From: Callorhinchus milii
Taxonomy: Eukaryota
DNA length: 64,000 nucleotides
Direction: 5' to 3'
NCBI RefSeq assembly: GCF_018977255.1
Contig: NW_024704743.1
Coordinates: forward strand, 72,418,001-72,482,000
Part shown: positions 14,572-26,431 of the stretch, in pieces
Position numbering within the stretch: position 1 is the first letter of the stretch
Layout of the letters: every line of letters begins with the position of its first letter
Made by a program: the position numbers and the translations under genes
Notes under the pieces: model-generated
The model's database searches: none
What the model saw: the letters and a program-made list of their open reading frames with translations, nothing else
Told to the model about the DNA's origin: nothing

Positions 14572-15793
14572 ACAGGTTAGATAGGAGGGAACCAGTAGAT
14601 GTAGTAAATTTAGATTTTCAGAAGGCATTCGACAAGGTGCCATATAAAAGGCTGCTACACAAGATTAAGGCACATGGAATTAAAGGCAATATATTATCAT
14701 GAATCGAAGAACCGGAACGAGCTAACGGGAAGAAAACAGAGAGTAGGGATAAACGGGTCCTTCTCAGATTGGCGGAGTGCCACAAGGATCAGTGCTTGGG
14801 CTTCAACTATTTACAATCTATATCAATGATCTAGACGAGGACATTGAACATAAAATATCTAAATTCGTGGATGTTACTAAACTAGGTGGGAGAGTAAGCT
14901 CTGAGAATGACACAAAAAGATTGCAAAGGAACATAGATAGGCGAGGTGAGTGGGCAAGAAGGTGGCAGATGGAATATAATGTGGGGAAGTGTGAAGTTAT
15001 TCACCTAGGTAGTAAAAACAAAAAAGCAGATTATTTTCTAGAAGGGGAGAGACTAGATAGTATTAGTCTTCAGAGGGATTTGGGTGTCCTTGTACACCAG
15101 TCACAAAAAGTTAGTTTGCAGGTACAGTAAGCAACTAGGAAGGCTAATGGCATGTTGGGGTTTATTGCAAAAGGGTTAGAATACAAGAGTAGGGAAGTCT
15201 TGCTGCAACTGTATAGGGCCCTGGTGAGACAGCACCTAGAATATTGTGTGCAGTTTTGGTCTCCTTATTTAAGAAAGGAAATACTTGCCTTAGAGGGGGT
15301 GCAGCATAGATTCACTAGGTTAGTTCCTGGGTTGAGGGGGTTGACCTATGAGGATAGGTTGAATAAACTAGGCCTATATTCTCTAGAATAGAGAAGAATT
15401 AGGGGTGATCTTATAGAAACATATAAGATTCTTATGGGGCTTGACAAAGTAGACAGTGCAAGACTATTTCCCTGGTAGGAGAATCTAGAACTAGGGGTCA
15501 CAATTTTAAGATTAAGGGACAGCCCTTTCGAACAGATTTGAGGGAACACTTCTTCACTCAGAGGGTAGTGAATTTATGGAATTCTCTACCCCAGAAGGCA
15601 GTAGTTGCTCAGTCTTTGAACATATTCAAGACTGAGATTGATAGGTTTCTAAAGGATAGAGGGATTAAGGGATATGGGGTTATGCAGGCAGATAAAGTTA
15701 GGTTACAAGATCAGCCATGATCTTATTGAATGGTGGGGCAGGCTTGAGGGGCCGAAGGGCCTACTCCTGCTCCTAATTCCTATGTTCCTATGT
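14572..15793 (+). mobile_element. 5'-truncated CR1 LINE (RT pseudogene and 3' UTR)
   Basis: DVVNLDFQKAFDKVP, PQGSVLG, KFVDVTKLGG, WQMEYNVGKC, LVRQHLEYCVQFWSP; tail cctactcctgctcctaattcctatgttcctatg. Confidence 0.95.
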
Positions 15794-16542
15794 ACACTTT
15801 ACAGTAAATCCTGTGTAGGGCTTTGATATGTCCTCTCTACATAAAAGACACTATAGCAAATGTAAAGGTTATTATTATTATAAGAATCAAAATTTTACTT
15901 GTAAGATCATTTCACCTTACAATTTAAGATCACACCGAATTGCGGGAAAGTTTTTACATTTTTAAGTTTTTAAGTCTTAATTTGGTTTTTTGGTTTCTTC
16001 CAAATAAGTGTTTTGTTTCATAAATTTATCCAAACTGAAATTTTAGGACAAAATGGTTTTGAAGGCTAAAACTAGGTGAAGTTTCAGGACTATAATGTTA
16101 GCAAAGTACTGGGAGCAGATTTACTGCTGTGACTTAAAATTAGATGTTTGCAATAGATTTGTAATTTGCAACTCAGAGTTGTAACCATCATTTACTGCTG
16201 GAATTGCAACACTCCAACCTGTCACATTCAGGGAGTATTAATAAAATAATACTTTAAATCAAATCTAAAAATAGAATTTTAATAAATTTTAAATTATAAG
16301 TTTTAAAATTATCTTCTCTTGTTTCTGAGTACACATTGGGGTCAAATGTCCCTTCTCTATTCAGTTTTTTTAAAAAAAAGATATAGCTCTGAGTAGGCAA
16401 CAGTCCCAAAACAAGCACTTTTCCAACCAAGGCAATAGTTGAAACAGTTTGCAGGAGCATTTACAACAGTAGAATATTTACCCCATCAGTAAGATGTGGG
16501 TTCAAGCTCCATATTGGGACTTTGAACTAATAGAGTCTAGGT

Positions 16543-16708
16543 CAGTAATGGCCAACTTTTTTGGTCAGCCAATAAAATAAATTTTCTTGATTGAACATTT
16601 ATGCCATGAACCAAGAAATATTTAATCAAGAAAAAAGTGGAAACAAAACATTGATTTGAAACAAACTCATCAAGATATCGAAACATTGATTTGAAATAAA
16701 CTCACCAG
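16543..16708. mobile_element. Left end of a putative hAT/Charlie-like DNA transposon
   Basis: Starts cagtaatggccaac right after gtctaggt (16535-16542); gtctaggc recurs at 17149-17156 where the host SINE resumes. Confidence 0.5.
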
Positions 16709-17148
16709 TAACAACAACAAATTACATTTTTATAGCGCCTTTCACATCAGAAGGATGTTGTCGTTGAGTAATCAAGGATCCAAACTTGAGTTTGTAGTTG
16801 GGATCAGGAGTTATGGAGGGCGGGGAAGGTAGGGATGGCAGGGTGACCGAAGGCACGGTCGAAGATGAGGGTTTTGAGACAGGTCATGAAGGAGGTAGGG
16901 GAGGGAGTGTGGCGGAGGGATTGTGGGATGGATTTCCAGAGGGTGAGGGCAGAGAGGCTGAAGGCCTGCCATCAATGGTAGGGTGGCCAAAGCGGAGACG
17001 TGAAGCAGCCCGGAGCCCGCTGAGCGGAGGGAGTGGACAGGTTGGGAGAGAGTTAGGAGGTTGCAGAGGTAGGGGGAAGCAAGGCCATGGAGGGTTTGAA
17101 GGTGAGGACCAGGATCTTGAACTGTATTGTCTGAGTGATGGGGAGCCG
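16709..17148 (-). mobile_element. L2 3' fragment nested in a SINE/DNA-transposon stack
   Basis: (caa)n, tatagcgcctttcac and the reverse complement of the L2 C-terminal coding region. Confidence 0.88.
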
Positions 17149-17254
17149 GTCTAGGCTAACCATCCGATGTGTGTGTCCTACATTGGTGTAGGTGCCGTGA
17201 TTTAGATGGGACAATAAACTGAGATTCTGGCTGTATGTTCAGGTGGATGCTAAA

Positions 17255-17573
17255 TAATAATAATAATAATCCTTGCATTTGATATAGCGCTTTTCATGTC
17301 GGGAGGATGTCCCAAAGCGCTGTCACAGAACAAACTGTAAAGTTAATTGACTGTATATTTGTGGGTGAACGCGGCAGCCAATTGCGCACAGCAATGTCCC
17401 ACAAACAGTCGTAGATTGAAAATGACCAATTTATTATTGTTTATTTTGGAGGGATTATTATTAGGCTCTGTGTGGAGTAAGGAAACTTGCCCAAGGTTTC
17501 GCCCTGCCTGGAATTGAACTCAGGTCTCTCACTTGCAAAGCGAGTGCTCTAACCACTGAGCTACAGGACTCCA
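17255..17573 (-). mobile_element. Full-length tRNA-Ala-derived SINE with L2-like tail
   Basis: Near-identical reverse complement of 62351-62667; nested inside an older plus-strand Deu-like SINE. Confidence 0.9.
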
Positions 17574-19984
17574 CAAAGATCTCATCACACTACTTGAAAA
17601 GAGAAGGGAATTTCTTCTGGTGTCCTAATCACCAAAGCTCCAAATATAATTGATCATTTGATTCAAAAAGCTAATGTTCATGTTGTTTGTGGGACATTGC
17701 TGCGTGAAAATTGACTACTGCATTTGCCTACAAAATACACTACACTTTACAGGAAATCTTGTGAAGTGTTTTGAGATGTCCAGCTGATGTGAAATGTGTT
17801 TTAGCACAAATGTAAGGATTATTTTTATATACAGCAGACTGCTCAGAAGAGAAATGGTTTAGCCACCACTGCATTCGGTCTCTGGATTTTCTAACAAAAA
17901 GCTCTGTAAATATTTGAAGTGTTTCAAGACGTTCATCCTACATTAAAGGTATTATTTGCAGTAATCTATGCGACTCTTTCCTTGTGAACTATTAACTTTT
18001 TACTGATTGCTCAGTCTGGCCTGATGCCTTGGGGCCAACAGGTAAAAAGTTATTTTTGGCCTTAGAGGAACGAATTGCACCTTCCCTTCAACAGATCAAG
18101 CCTAGAAAATAAATATTAAGCCAAAAAATGTTTCTACCGCTCTAGGGCCTGCAATTTACAATACAAACCTACCTTGCTTCAGTAATATAAAAAATGGCGA
18201 CAATCTAATATGAAGAGGAAATGTCCACTTGGAGGGAAGGGTGTGCTGCCACCTATTGGGTGCTATATCAAATGCAAGGATTATTATTATTATTATTATA
18301 ATAATGCCTTAACACGTCTTCGAGACATCTCAGAGCTCTTCACAGGATACACCGTAAAGTGGTGTGATTGTGCGTGTTTTGTTGGCGAAATACATTAAGC
18401 TGGTGTAAAATAACACAAGAACATTGCAACATTACCCCTATATTCCCTGCAGAAAGAAATCAAAAATGGTCCAAGAATGATTTAAGAAGAAATGGAAGCG
18501 GGGTGCAAATTGGCAGAGAGATGGAAGATGGAATTATTTTGAGAAAAAATAAAGTAAAGCAAACACCTGGCATCCTGAAATTTTCCAAAAGAAAAAGTAC
18601 AGCACATATGTTTTCACTTGTACGTGTTTGCCAAACATTACATAAACATCCATTGCATATCCAGGATCGGTGTTTTTCTGCCTTATTGTGAGAACAAAGA
18701 GTTTTTTTGATGACAGGGATGGAAACCTCACAAGAATGAAATCTATCTGTTCTGGCAGCCCTGGAATACAAATGGTACAATAAATTGTTCATCTTGGCTG
18801 GAAGCATGGGGTGGCTATGTGCCATTCCTTCAAAATGAAATATGTGGAGAACTCTGGATTTGATTCCAAACAGAACTGCCTACAGACATCCAGTCAAGAT
18901 GATGACAACACAACCATACATACAAATATTAGGCAAGTGTGAAAAAGCAGACCTTGAATGCACAACACTTTTTGTGTAATACAAGTTATTTAAAGCTAAT
19001 GTTAAATGTCTTGTTGTTTCTGTTTCTGTTAATTTTAGTTAATTCCAAGTACCCACAGGGCAATTAAACTGAAAAATGAATGGAAACAGCTTCACAAAAA
19101 GTATACTTGTAATGCCCAGGTCTTCCAAGCTATAGATTTCACAGTTCACAATTTCATTTGAATAATTTAGTCAACACATTTTTTTGTGTGTTTTTCAAGA
19201 TCCAGGTCATCTGACACAACCACCTTTTCCAGTCACATAAGACAAAATGATATGATTTTTCTCTATCATTCTTTATAGCTATGCTATGAAATCTGACTGA
19301 CACAATTCTTTTTAACTTTGGGATCCAATTTACAGCATTTTTTAAGTGGTTAAAATGATTTTCTTGAGGGAGATTAAGGAATCAAGTCAACCAGATGGTC
19401 TTTCCGTTGATCTGCCAATCCACAGAAATTCAGCTCTGGAGCTATCTACTATTGAAAGGATCGACGGAAATTCTAACAGGATTTCTTACTAAGGAATACC
19501 AAGAAAAAACACTTCAAGAAAATCGCTTACCGCAGGGGTCCAAGATTTTGGGAGCACTAGCACCCAGAGAGGAACAAACTTGGAAAGTGGGAGTGGGCGG
19601 TAGGGGGGGGGGGCTGCTGGTGTTCCTTAAAGTGTTCCTTAGTTAAGTTAAAGATCACCTGAAATGAATACCACATTTTCCCCTATGTATTAATTCAAAA
19701 TGATTTTAAACACTGCTCCCATCTTCTCTCTCCTTCCCCCTCTTCTATAACCATTCACACATCCACAGGGTCTTAGACACATCTTTTCTTTCTATTTTGC
19801 ACACGAATATACAGTCAATTCACTTTACAGTATATTCTGTGAAGTGCTTTGAGACATCTAGAAGACATGAAAAGTGCTACATCAAATGCAAGGATTATTA
19901 TATTATTATAATCTTCCACTATTGCCTTGTTGTTCTTTTGCCTTGCACCATCAACATCTCTGATCTCATCATCTTCTGTCCGCC

Positions 19985-20195
19985 ACCTAATTTTTTCTTT
20001 TTTTTCTTTCCCCACCCTTTCTCTGTTTCTGCTTATAAACTGCTCCCTTCCAATATGCCTCAGTTCTGACGAAAGATCATCGACCTGAAACGTAAACTCA
20101 TTTTCCTCTCTCCATAGATGCTCCCTGACCTGCTAAATATTCCTAGCAACTTCACTTTCAGATTTCCAAAATCTGCAGTATTTGCCTTTTGTTTA
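19985..20195 (+). mobile_element. Penelope-like element terminal repeat fragment
   Basis: Pyrimidine-rich run, then agttctgacgaaagatcatcgacctgaaacgtaaact...atagatgctccctgacctgct...atctgcagta; degenerate inverted-pair relative at 41232-41437. Confidence 0.65.
20062..20098 (+). ncRNA. Minimal type I hammerhead ribozyme motif
   Basis: Stem I agtt/aact, CTGACGA core (20066-20072), stem II agatc-atc-gacct, GAAA (20087-20090), C-GTA cleavage triplet. Confidence 0.6.
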
Positions 20196-20226
20196 GCAGG
20201 AGTATACTGTTTCAGTATACAGTAAA

Positions 20227-23200
20227 CAAAAACAAACAAAAAAAACCCTCTGCGCCCCCACCCCCCCCAGGGCTCACATCAGAGCACACTATGGTCCTGT
20301 TGCGTTTGCTGCCCCAATCTGCGGGATAATGCCATCCACCTGACTGCTCGCTCCCGGTCCCCGCGTGCGCACTATGGCTGCCGCTTTGACCCGAGCCCCC
20401 TCACCCCCTCCCTCCCGCCCCCCTCCTCTCTCCCCCCAAACCCTCCCCCCTCTGCATCTCTCCCGCTCTCTCCTCCTCTCTCTCCGTCCCTCTCGTCTTC
20501 TATCCCCACTTGACCCTCCCACAACCTCCCTCTGCTCCAGCCTGGGAATCCTCCGCCGGGCTCACCGCGGCACTCGGCGTTGGCTGTCCAGCAGCAGCCA
20601 CACCGACTGCCCCATTCCCCACCACACTCGCCAGCCACCCCGGACACAGACCCGGGGAGTCAACCTCTCCTCCCTCATCCCCATTCCCCCCACCCCTGCC
20701 TCACAACCTGGACCCCCTCCCCTCCCACACACCCTTCTGTCAACCGCTCCCTCCACATCGGACTGCAAAATGTCCGCTCCCTCTGCAACAAGGCCCTGGT
20801 CATCAACGATCTCATCCTTGATGAGAACGTTGATATCATGGCCTTAACAGAAACCTGGCTCACCCCAGGCGACACCTTCCCCCTCACGGAGGCCACGCCA
20901 CCCGGCTACACCTCCCACCACATCCCCCGCCCCAACCGCCGTGGCGGTGGTGTTGCCCTTATCTCAAGGACACCACTTGCCCTATCCCCCTACTCCACTG
21001 GCTCTTTCCCCTCCTTTGAGCACCTCACCCTCTCCCACCCCTCATTCCTCTCCCTTAAAATCCTCCTCCTCTACCGGCCCCCTAAAACCTCTCCCACCTT
21101 CATCTCTGACATTTCAACACTCCTCACATCTCTTTGCCTCTGCTCCGATCGCCTCATCATCCTGGGCGACTTTAACCTACACTTCACCCCCTCCTGCTCC
21201 ATCTCCACAGACTTCTCTTCCCTGCTCTCCTCACTCAACCTCTCCTTACACATAAACTCCCCCACTCACAGTCACGGCCACCCACTCGATTTGGTGATCA
21301 CCCGGGGCCTCAGTGTCTCGGATGTCACTATTACCGACAAGGCCATCTCTGACCACTACTTCATCTCCTTCACCACCTCCACCCCCCTCCCCACCTCCAC
21401 CAGACCCACCACCATCTTCTACCGCCCTTGGAAGAAGTTACCCCCACAATCCCTAACCGATGCCTTGGAGTCCTCTGAACTCCTCTCCCTCTGGCCTTCA
21501 ACCCTCACCGACCCCTCTTCTCCTCTCTCCCTCCTCCACAATACCCTCTCCTCCACACTCGATACTCTTGCCCCCATCACTTCCCGCACTGTCTCCTACT
21601 CCCGCTCCTCCCCCTGGTACACCACCCACCTCCGCTCACTGAAAAGCCAGGTGCGGGCTGCTGAACGCACCTGTGTCAAATCTGGCCTAACGGTCCACCG
21701 ACAAATCTGGCTGGACCTCCTCAAAATTTACCGCTCCACTCTAGCCTCGGCCAAGTCGTCCTTCTACTCCAGGATAATCCTGGAGGCGAAGAACAACCCC
21801 AGGCTACTGTTTTCCACCACAACCCGACTCCTCCGTCCCCCCCGCCACCCCGCGCAGGTCATCTCCTCCAACCTTCACTGCGAGGAGATGCTGGATTTCC
21901 TTGAATCCAAGATCAAGGGAATCCGCTCCGCGGTCACTTCCCCTCCAACTTCCACCCACCACCCACCCCTTCCCTCCCACACTCCGACTCCTACCCATCC
22001 TCCCCTACACACCTTCGTACCCGTTTCCCCACCCTCTGTCACTGAACTCATCCTATCCCTAAAACCAACCACCTGCTCCCTTGACCCCATCCCCACTCCA
22101 CTCCTTATCTCCCAGCTCCACTTTCTTGCCCCACATATCACTGACATCATCAACCTGTCCCTCTCCTCTGGCTCTGTCCCCATTCCATTAAAAACTGCCA
22201 TCATCACGCCCACCCTGAAAAAACCCTCCCTTGATGCGTCGCAGCTATCAAGCTACCGGCCCATCTCCAACCTCCCCTTTCTCTCCAAGGTCTTGGAAAG
22301 AGTTGTCGCCTCCCAACTGCGCTCTTTCCTTTCCACCCATTCTCTTTTCGAACCCCTTCAGTCAGGTTTCCGTGCTGCCCATAGCACAGAAACTGCCCTG
22401 GTCAAGGTCACCAATGATATCCTGACCATCTGTGACCAGGGCTCCCTCTGTCTCCTCGTCCTCCTCGACCTATCGGCAGCATTCGATACGGTCGACCACG
22501 CTATCCTACTCCACCGCTTGTCCTCCCACCTCAACCTTCAAGGCACTGTCCTTGAATGGTTTAGGTCGTACCTTTCTCACCGTCTTCACTTTGTCTCGAC
22601 GAATGGCTTCTCCTCCACCCCCCGTACTGTCTCATGTGGTGTCCCTCAGGGCTCTGTCCTCGGTCCCCTCCTCTTCACCCTCTATATGCTCCCCCTTGGT
22701 GACATCATCCGCAGACATGGAGTTAACTTCCACATGTATGCGGATGACACCCAACTCTACCTTTCCTCCTCTACTCTCAACTCCACGACCACCGATGTCC
22801 TGACAGCCTGCCTGTCCGACATCGAGTCCTGGACGAGAGACAACTTTCTTCAGCTCAACGTGCGAAAAACCGAGGCCCTCCTGATTGGCTCACGTCAGCG
22901 CCTCCGCACCTCAGGCGCTGACACCATCAGCATCCAAGGCTGCACTCTCCACCTCTCAAAGCCAGTCAGGAACCTCGGCGTTTTGTTCGACCCTGAGCTG
23001 TCCTTTCTCCCTCACATCCGCACCACAACTGGCACCGCCTTCCATCACCTCCGGAACATCGCCAGACTACGGCACTACCTCACCCCTCACGCTGCTGAAA
23101 CCCTGGTTCACGCCTTTGTCACCTCAAGGCTGGACTATGGGAACTCTCTCCTCGCCGGCCTTCCCGCCACCTCCCTCCACAAGCTGCAGGTCATTCAGAA

Positions 23201-23819
23201 CTCTGCAGCTCGTGTACTGTCCCGCACCAGGCTTCGGGACCACATCACTCCCACCCTTGCTCGCCTCCACTGGCTCCCCATCCCCCAGAGGATTGATTTC
23301 AAGATCCTCATCCTCACCTACAAGGCCATTCACGGCCTTGCTCCCTCCTACAACAACAACAACAACAACAAGATTCCATTTATAGAGCGCCTTTCACGTC
23401 AGGAGGACGTCCCAAGGCGCTGCAACCTACTATCCCCCTACCTCTCCAACCTACTATCCCCCTACCTACCTGCCCGTACCCTCCGTTCCTCTGGCTCCGG
23501 TCTGCTCCACGTCCCCCGCCCCAACCGCCCTACCATCGGTGGTCGGGCCTTCAGCCTCTCAGCCCCCAGGCTCTGGAACTCCATCCCCCAGTGCCTTCGC
23601 CTCCTCCTTCACGGCCGGTCTCAAAACCTTTCTCTTTGACCGTGCCTTCAGCTCCCCTCTCGACTCTCTTCCCCCTCCTCGCTCCCTCCCTTCCCTCCCC
23701 TCACCCTGACCATTTCCCCCCTGCTCGGGTCATGACCCAACTGTGCAGCGCCTTGGGACGTCCTCCTGACGTGAAAGGCGCTTTATAAATGGAATCTTGT
23801 TGTTGTTGTTGTTGTTGTT
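20227..23819 (+). mobile_element. Apparently full-length single-ORF L2 LINE (about 3.6 kb), young but with disabling lesions
   Basis: CpG-rich 5' region, APE and RT domains, 3' stem-loop plus (TTG)n; flanks rejoin as acagtaaa|tcttgtgaa, a SINE-tail sequence seen intact near 12236. Confidence 0.95.
20374..23639 (+). pseudogene. L2 ORF2: APE endonuclease plus reverse transcriptase. Has a frameshift near 20690-20740, a 90-nt insertion at 23352-23441 and a 14-nt deletion near 23603
   Basis: APE motifs [39 protein letters not shown] motifs [47 protein letters not shown] (22737-22748); 1019-aa open frame 20580-23639. Confidence 0.93.
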
Positions 23820-25213
23820 TCTTGTGAAACACCTTGAGGTGTCTCAGTGATGTTATAAAGCACTGTATTAATTGTAAGCATTATTATTTTTTTGCTAAGA
23901 TTAGCAGAGAAATGTCCCAATGCCCAAATCTGATGTAGTGTTTTGTTTGGTTGAGAAAAGCCACCACTGTCCTCAATAGGTTAATAATTTTTCTTGCAGC
24001 TGCTATATAAATCTCATTACTTTTTCCATTAACTACTTTTATTTCATTCCATACTCGCAAAGTGTTTGTATTCCATCAAGTTGGCTGCCTGGGCTCCTTT
24101 TCCACACAGTGAGAAGAATTAACCTTGGGAGATACTTTGTCATTTTATTTCTTTCATTGCCAGTGGCGGTTCTCCTTCAGAACTCAATTCATTCCATACT
24201 GGGCATAAACACATAACAAATGACAGCATGCGTCTATCTTAAAGGAATTGGTAAATAAAAAGCAGACACCAGCACTACTGTCATGACTCATAGGAAGGAA
24301 ACTCATTTGGGAGCAATTTTGACTCTCTTTATAGTAGATTACAGCATTTCTCTTAATTGAGAGTGAGAGAAAATCCTCATTCCATGATACTTATAAATAT
24401 ATTACCCAATCCACACAAAAAGACAACGCAAGAGTGAAAGTAAAAAAGTAATATTTAACATTTTAGAGTCCTATCCTCTTTACCCCTCTCCACTCCCACC
24501 CCAGCTCAATGCAAAGTCATTATTGTTAAACACTTTGGGACATCCTCCCAACATGAAATATAAATGTAAATTTGTGTTATATTGTGTGTTCACAAAGGGT
24601 CTGCTGCCAAAAAATAGAAGCAAGTTTACATAAAATACTTGGAATCAACAGCAACTTGCATATCTATAGCGCCAGCATCTGGTGTAGTATCTCAGAGCAC
24701 TTAACAGGGCACAGTTTGACACCAAGCTGGGGAGAACGGGGAGTTGACCACAGCAGGAGGAAAGTCATCAGGTGCAATTTGAAGATGGGCAAAGAGGCAT
24801 TGAGGAAATAGAACAGGAACATGCTTTTTGATGTGTCTCAAAGATACAAAAGTCTTTGTATTGTAGGCACCCTCTGGGCTGTGTAGGATTGGGATACAAA
24901 TAACGAAAGGAATGAAAGTTGGCAGAATCAAACATCCAGTCTTTTCACCAATGGGTAGGGGTGTGTGTCTGAGCTGGGGGCAGGATGATGGTGGTGGTGC
25001 TTCGCACATTTCATGTTGAGTTATGCTGCTCAAAAGGAAGCTTGCAGGGAATTCCTGGTATCTGCCATCCACTTAATGGGGCCTCGAACCAGTGCTAGTC
25101 AGATGACAAATGACTAACTAGTGAGTATCTTCCTTTGAGAGAAGTATACCGGGTCTCCATGGAGCAGAGTTGGATCCAAAGTGATGTGCCAAGGTAATGA
25201 AACATTGCAATCG

Positions 25214-25690
25214 TTAACCCTTTGTGAGGCCTTGGTAGTCTTGTTCCTGAGCCAGGCAGGTCCTCAATACTCCAGGCACTGCTGATGACAGACTAGCCAG
25301 CCTGGTTCTCCACAGGATTTGGCAGGGCAGACTAGAGACACAGATACTTCCATTCTTCCTTTTTGGCACCTATTAATCCTGTAAGCCAAACAAGCAGCGA
25401 GAAGTTTGCCAGACAGTCCTATCAATGGTAATCAATGCAGTTTTAGCTGGTAAAATTCCAGCAGTACCCCACAGTACCCTCTGGGGTTCCCAAGCCTTGG
25501 CTATCGCCAACCTGTGCCTATTACTCTCTGGAATTAGACAGGTTGCAATCCTCCAAGGAGAGAGTGGGTATTCCATTCCAGATACAGGGTCATTTCCATG
25601 TGTAGATAGCATATTTATGTGGATTTCCCAGTATGGTTTGGATACTCTTATGCACGGTGATGAGTTTCCACATATGTCTGACCAAAAATT
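25214..25690 (-). mobile_element. Ancient LINE-derived repeat, family shared with 33850-34410, 36775-36860, 51775-51925 and 63420-63790
   Basis: Shared blocks ttcctgagccag.caggtcc, gggcagactag, ccagcagtacccca, ccaagccttggct. Confidence 0.7.
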
Positions 25691-25891
25691 AATCCACCAA
25701 TGCTCTTCATGTCATCTTCTGAATATCCTGCAGGATCACTGATACTGCAAATTCAAATGGCACCTAGGCCTACACTCACCCAAACAGTACACAAGTACAC
25801 TAACATAGACCTTAAATATATACAGCGAACAAATTCCACCTTTGATGCTATATGCTTCCTGGGATGTCCTTCCGATGTGAAGGGCGCTATA

Positions 25892-26205
25892 CAACAACAA
25901 CAACAACATTATATTGTATAGCGCCTTTCACGTCGAAAGGTCGTCCAAAGGCTCTGGACAGACAGAGTTTTGGACCCAAGCTGGGGGTTGACGTCGGGGA
26001 GGGTGGAGGGTAGGGGGGAAGCAGGGAGATTGAAAGTACGGTCGAAGAGGAGGGTCTTGAGATGGGTCTTGAAGGTGGCAAGGGAGGGGCTGAGATGGAG
26101 GGACTGCAGGATGGATTTCTGAAGGGTGTGGGTTGAAGCCCGCCTGCCAATAGTGGGGCGAGCGAGGCAGGGAACGTGAAGCAGGCCGGAGCCCGCTGAG
26201 CGTAG
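25892..26205 (-). mobile_element. L2 3' fragment inserted into the tail of a plus-strand L2 remnant
   Basis: Plus-strand tail breaks at gcgctataca (25893) and resumes as ...tgtaatttgttgttgttg near 26215-26237. Confidence 0.85.
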
Positions 26206-26431
26206 GGAGCAAGAAGTGTAATTTGTTGTTGTTGTTGCTGTTTGCTGTCACATGGTACTTTTGCTTTGTGGCTGTATCAAGGGTCAGTAGTAGAGTTTAA
26301 AGGGGCCATACCATTCCCTTGTCTATTACACAGATGGAATGCCTCAGGAGCAGTCTGGATCCATCCTTGTTCCACTCTGGCCTTCAGGAAAGTTCCAGGT
26401 TTGGGTGTTCAGTACATATTAGCATTCTTGT

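Noticed and set aside
18720..18870. Minus-strand open frame AVLFGIKSRV...RFHSCE as a possible exon
   Set aside because: Weak splice signals and an unrecognised peptide
20062..20245. Hammerhead as the 5' processing ribozyme of the L2
   Set aside because: The reconstructed empty site puts the L2 boundary at about 20227; the motif lies in a separate, pre-existing repeat
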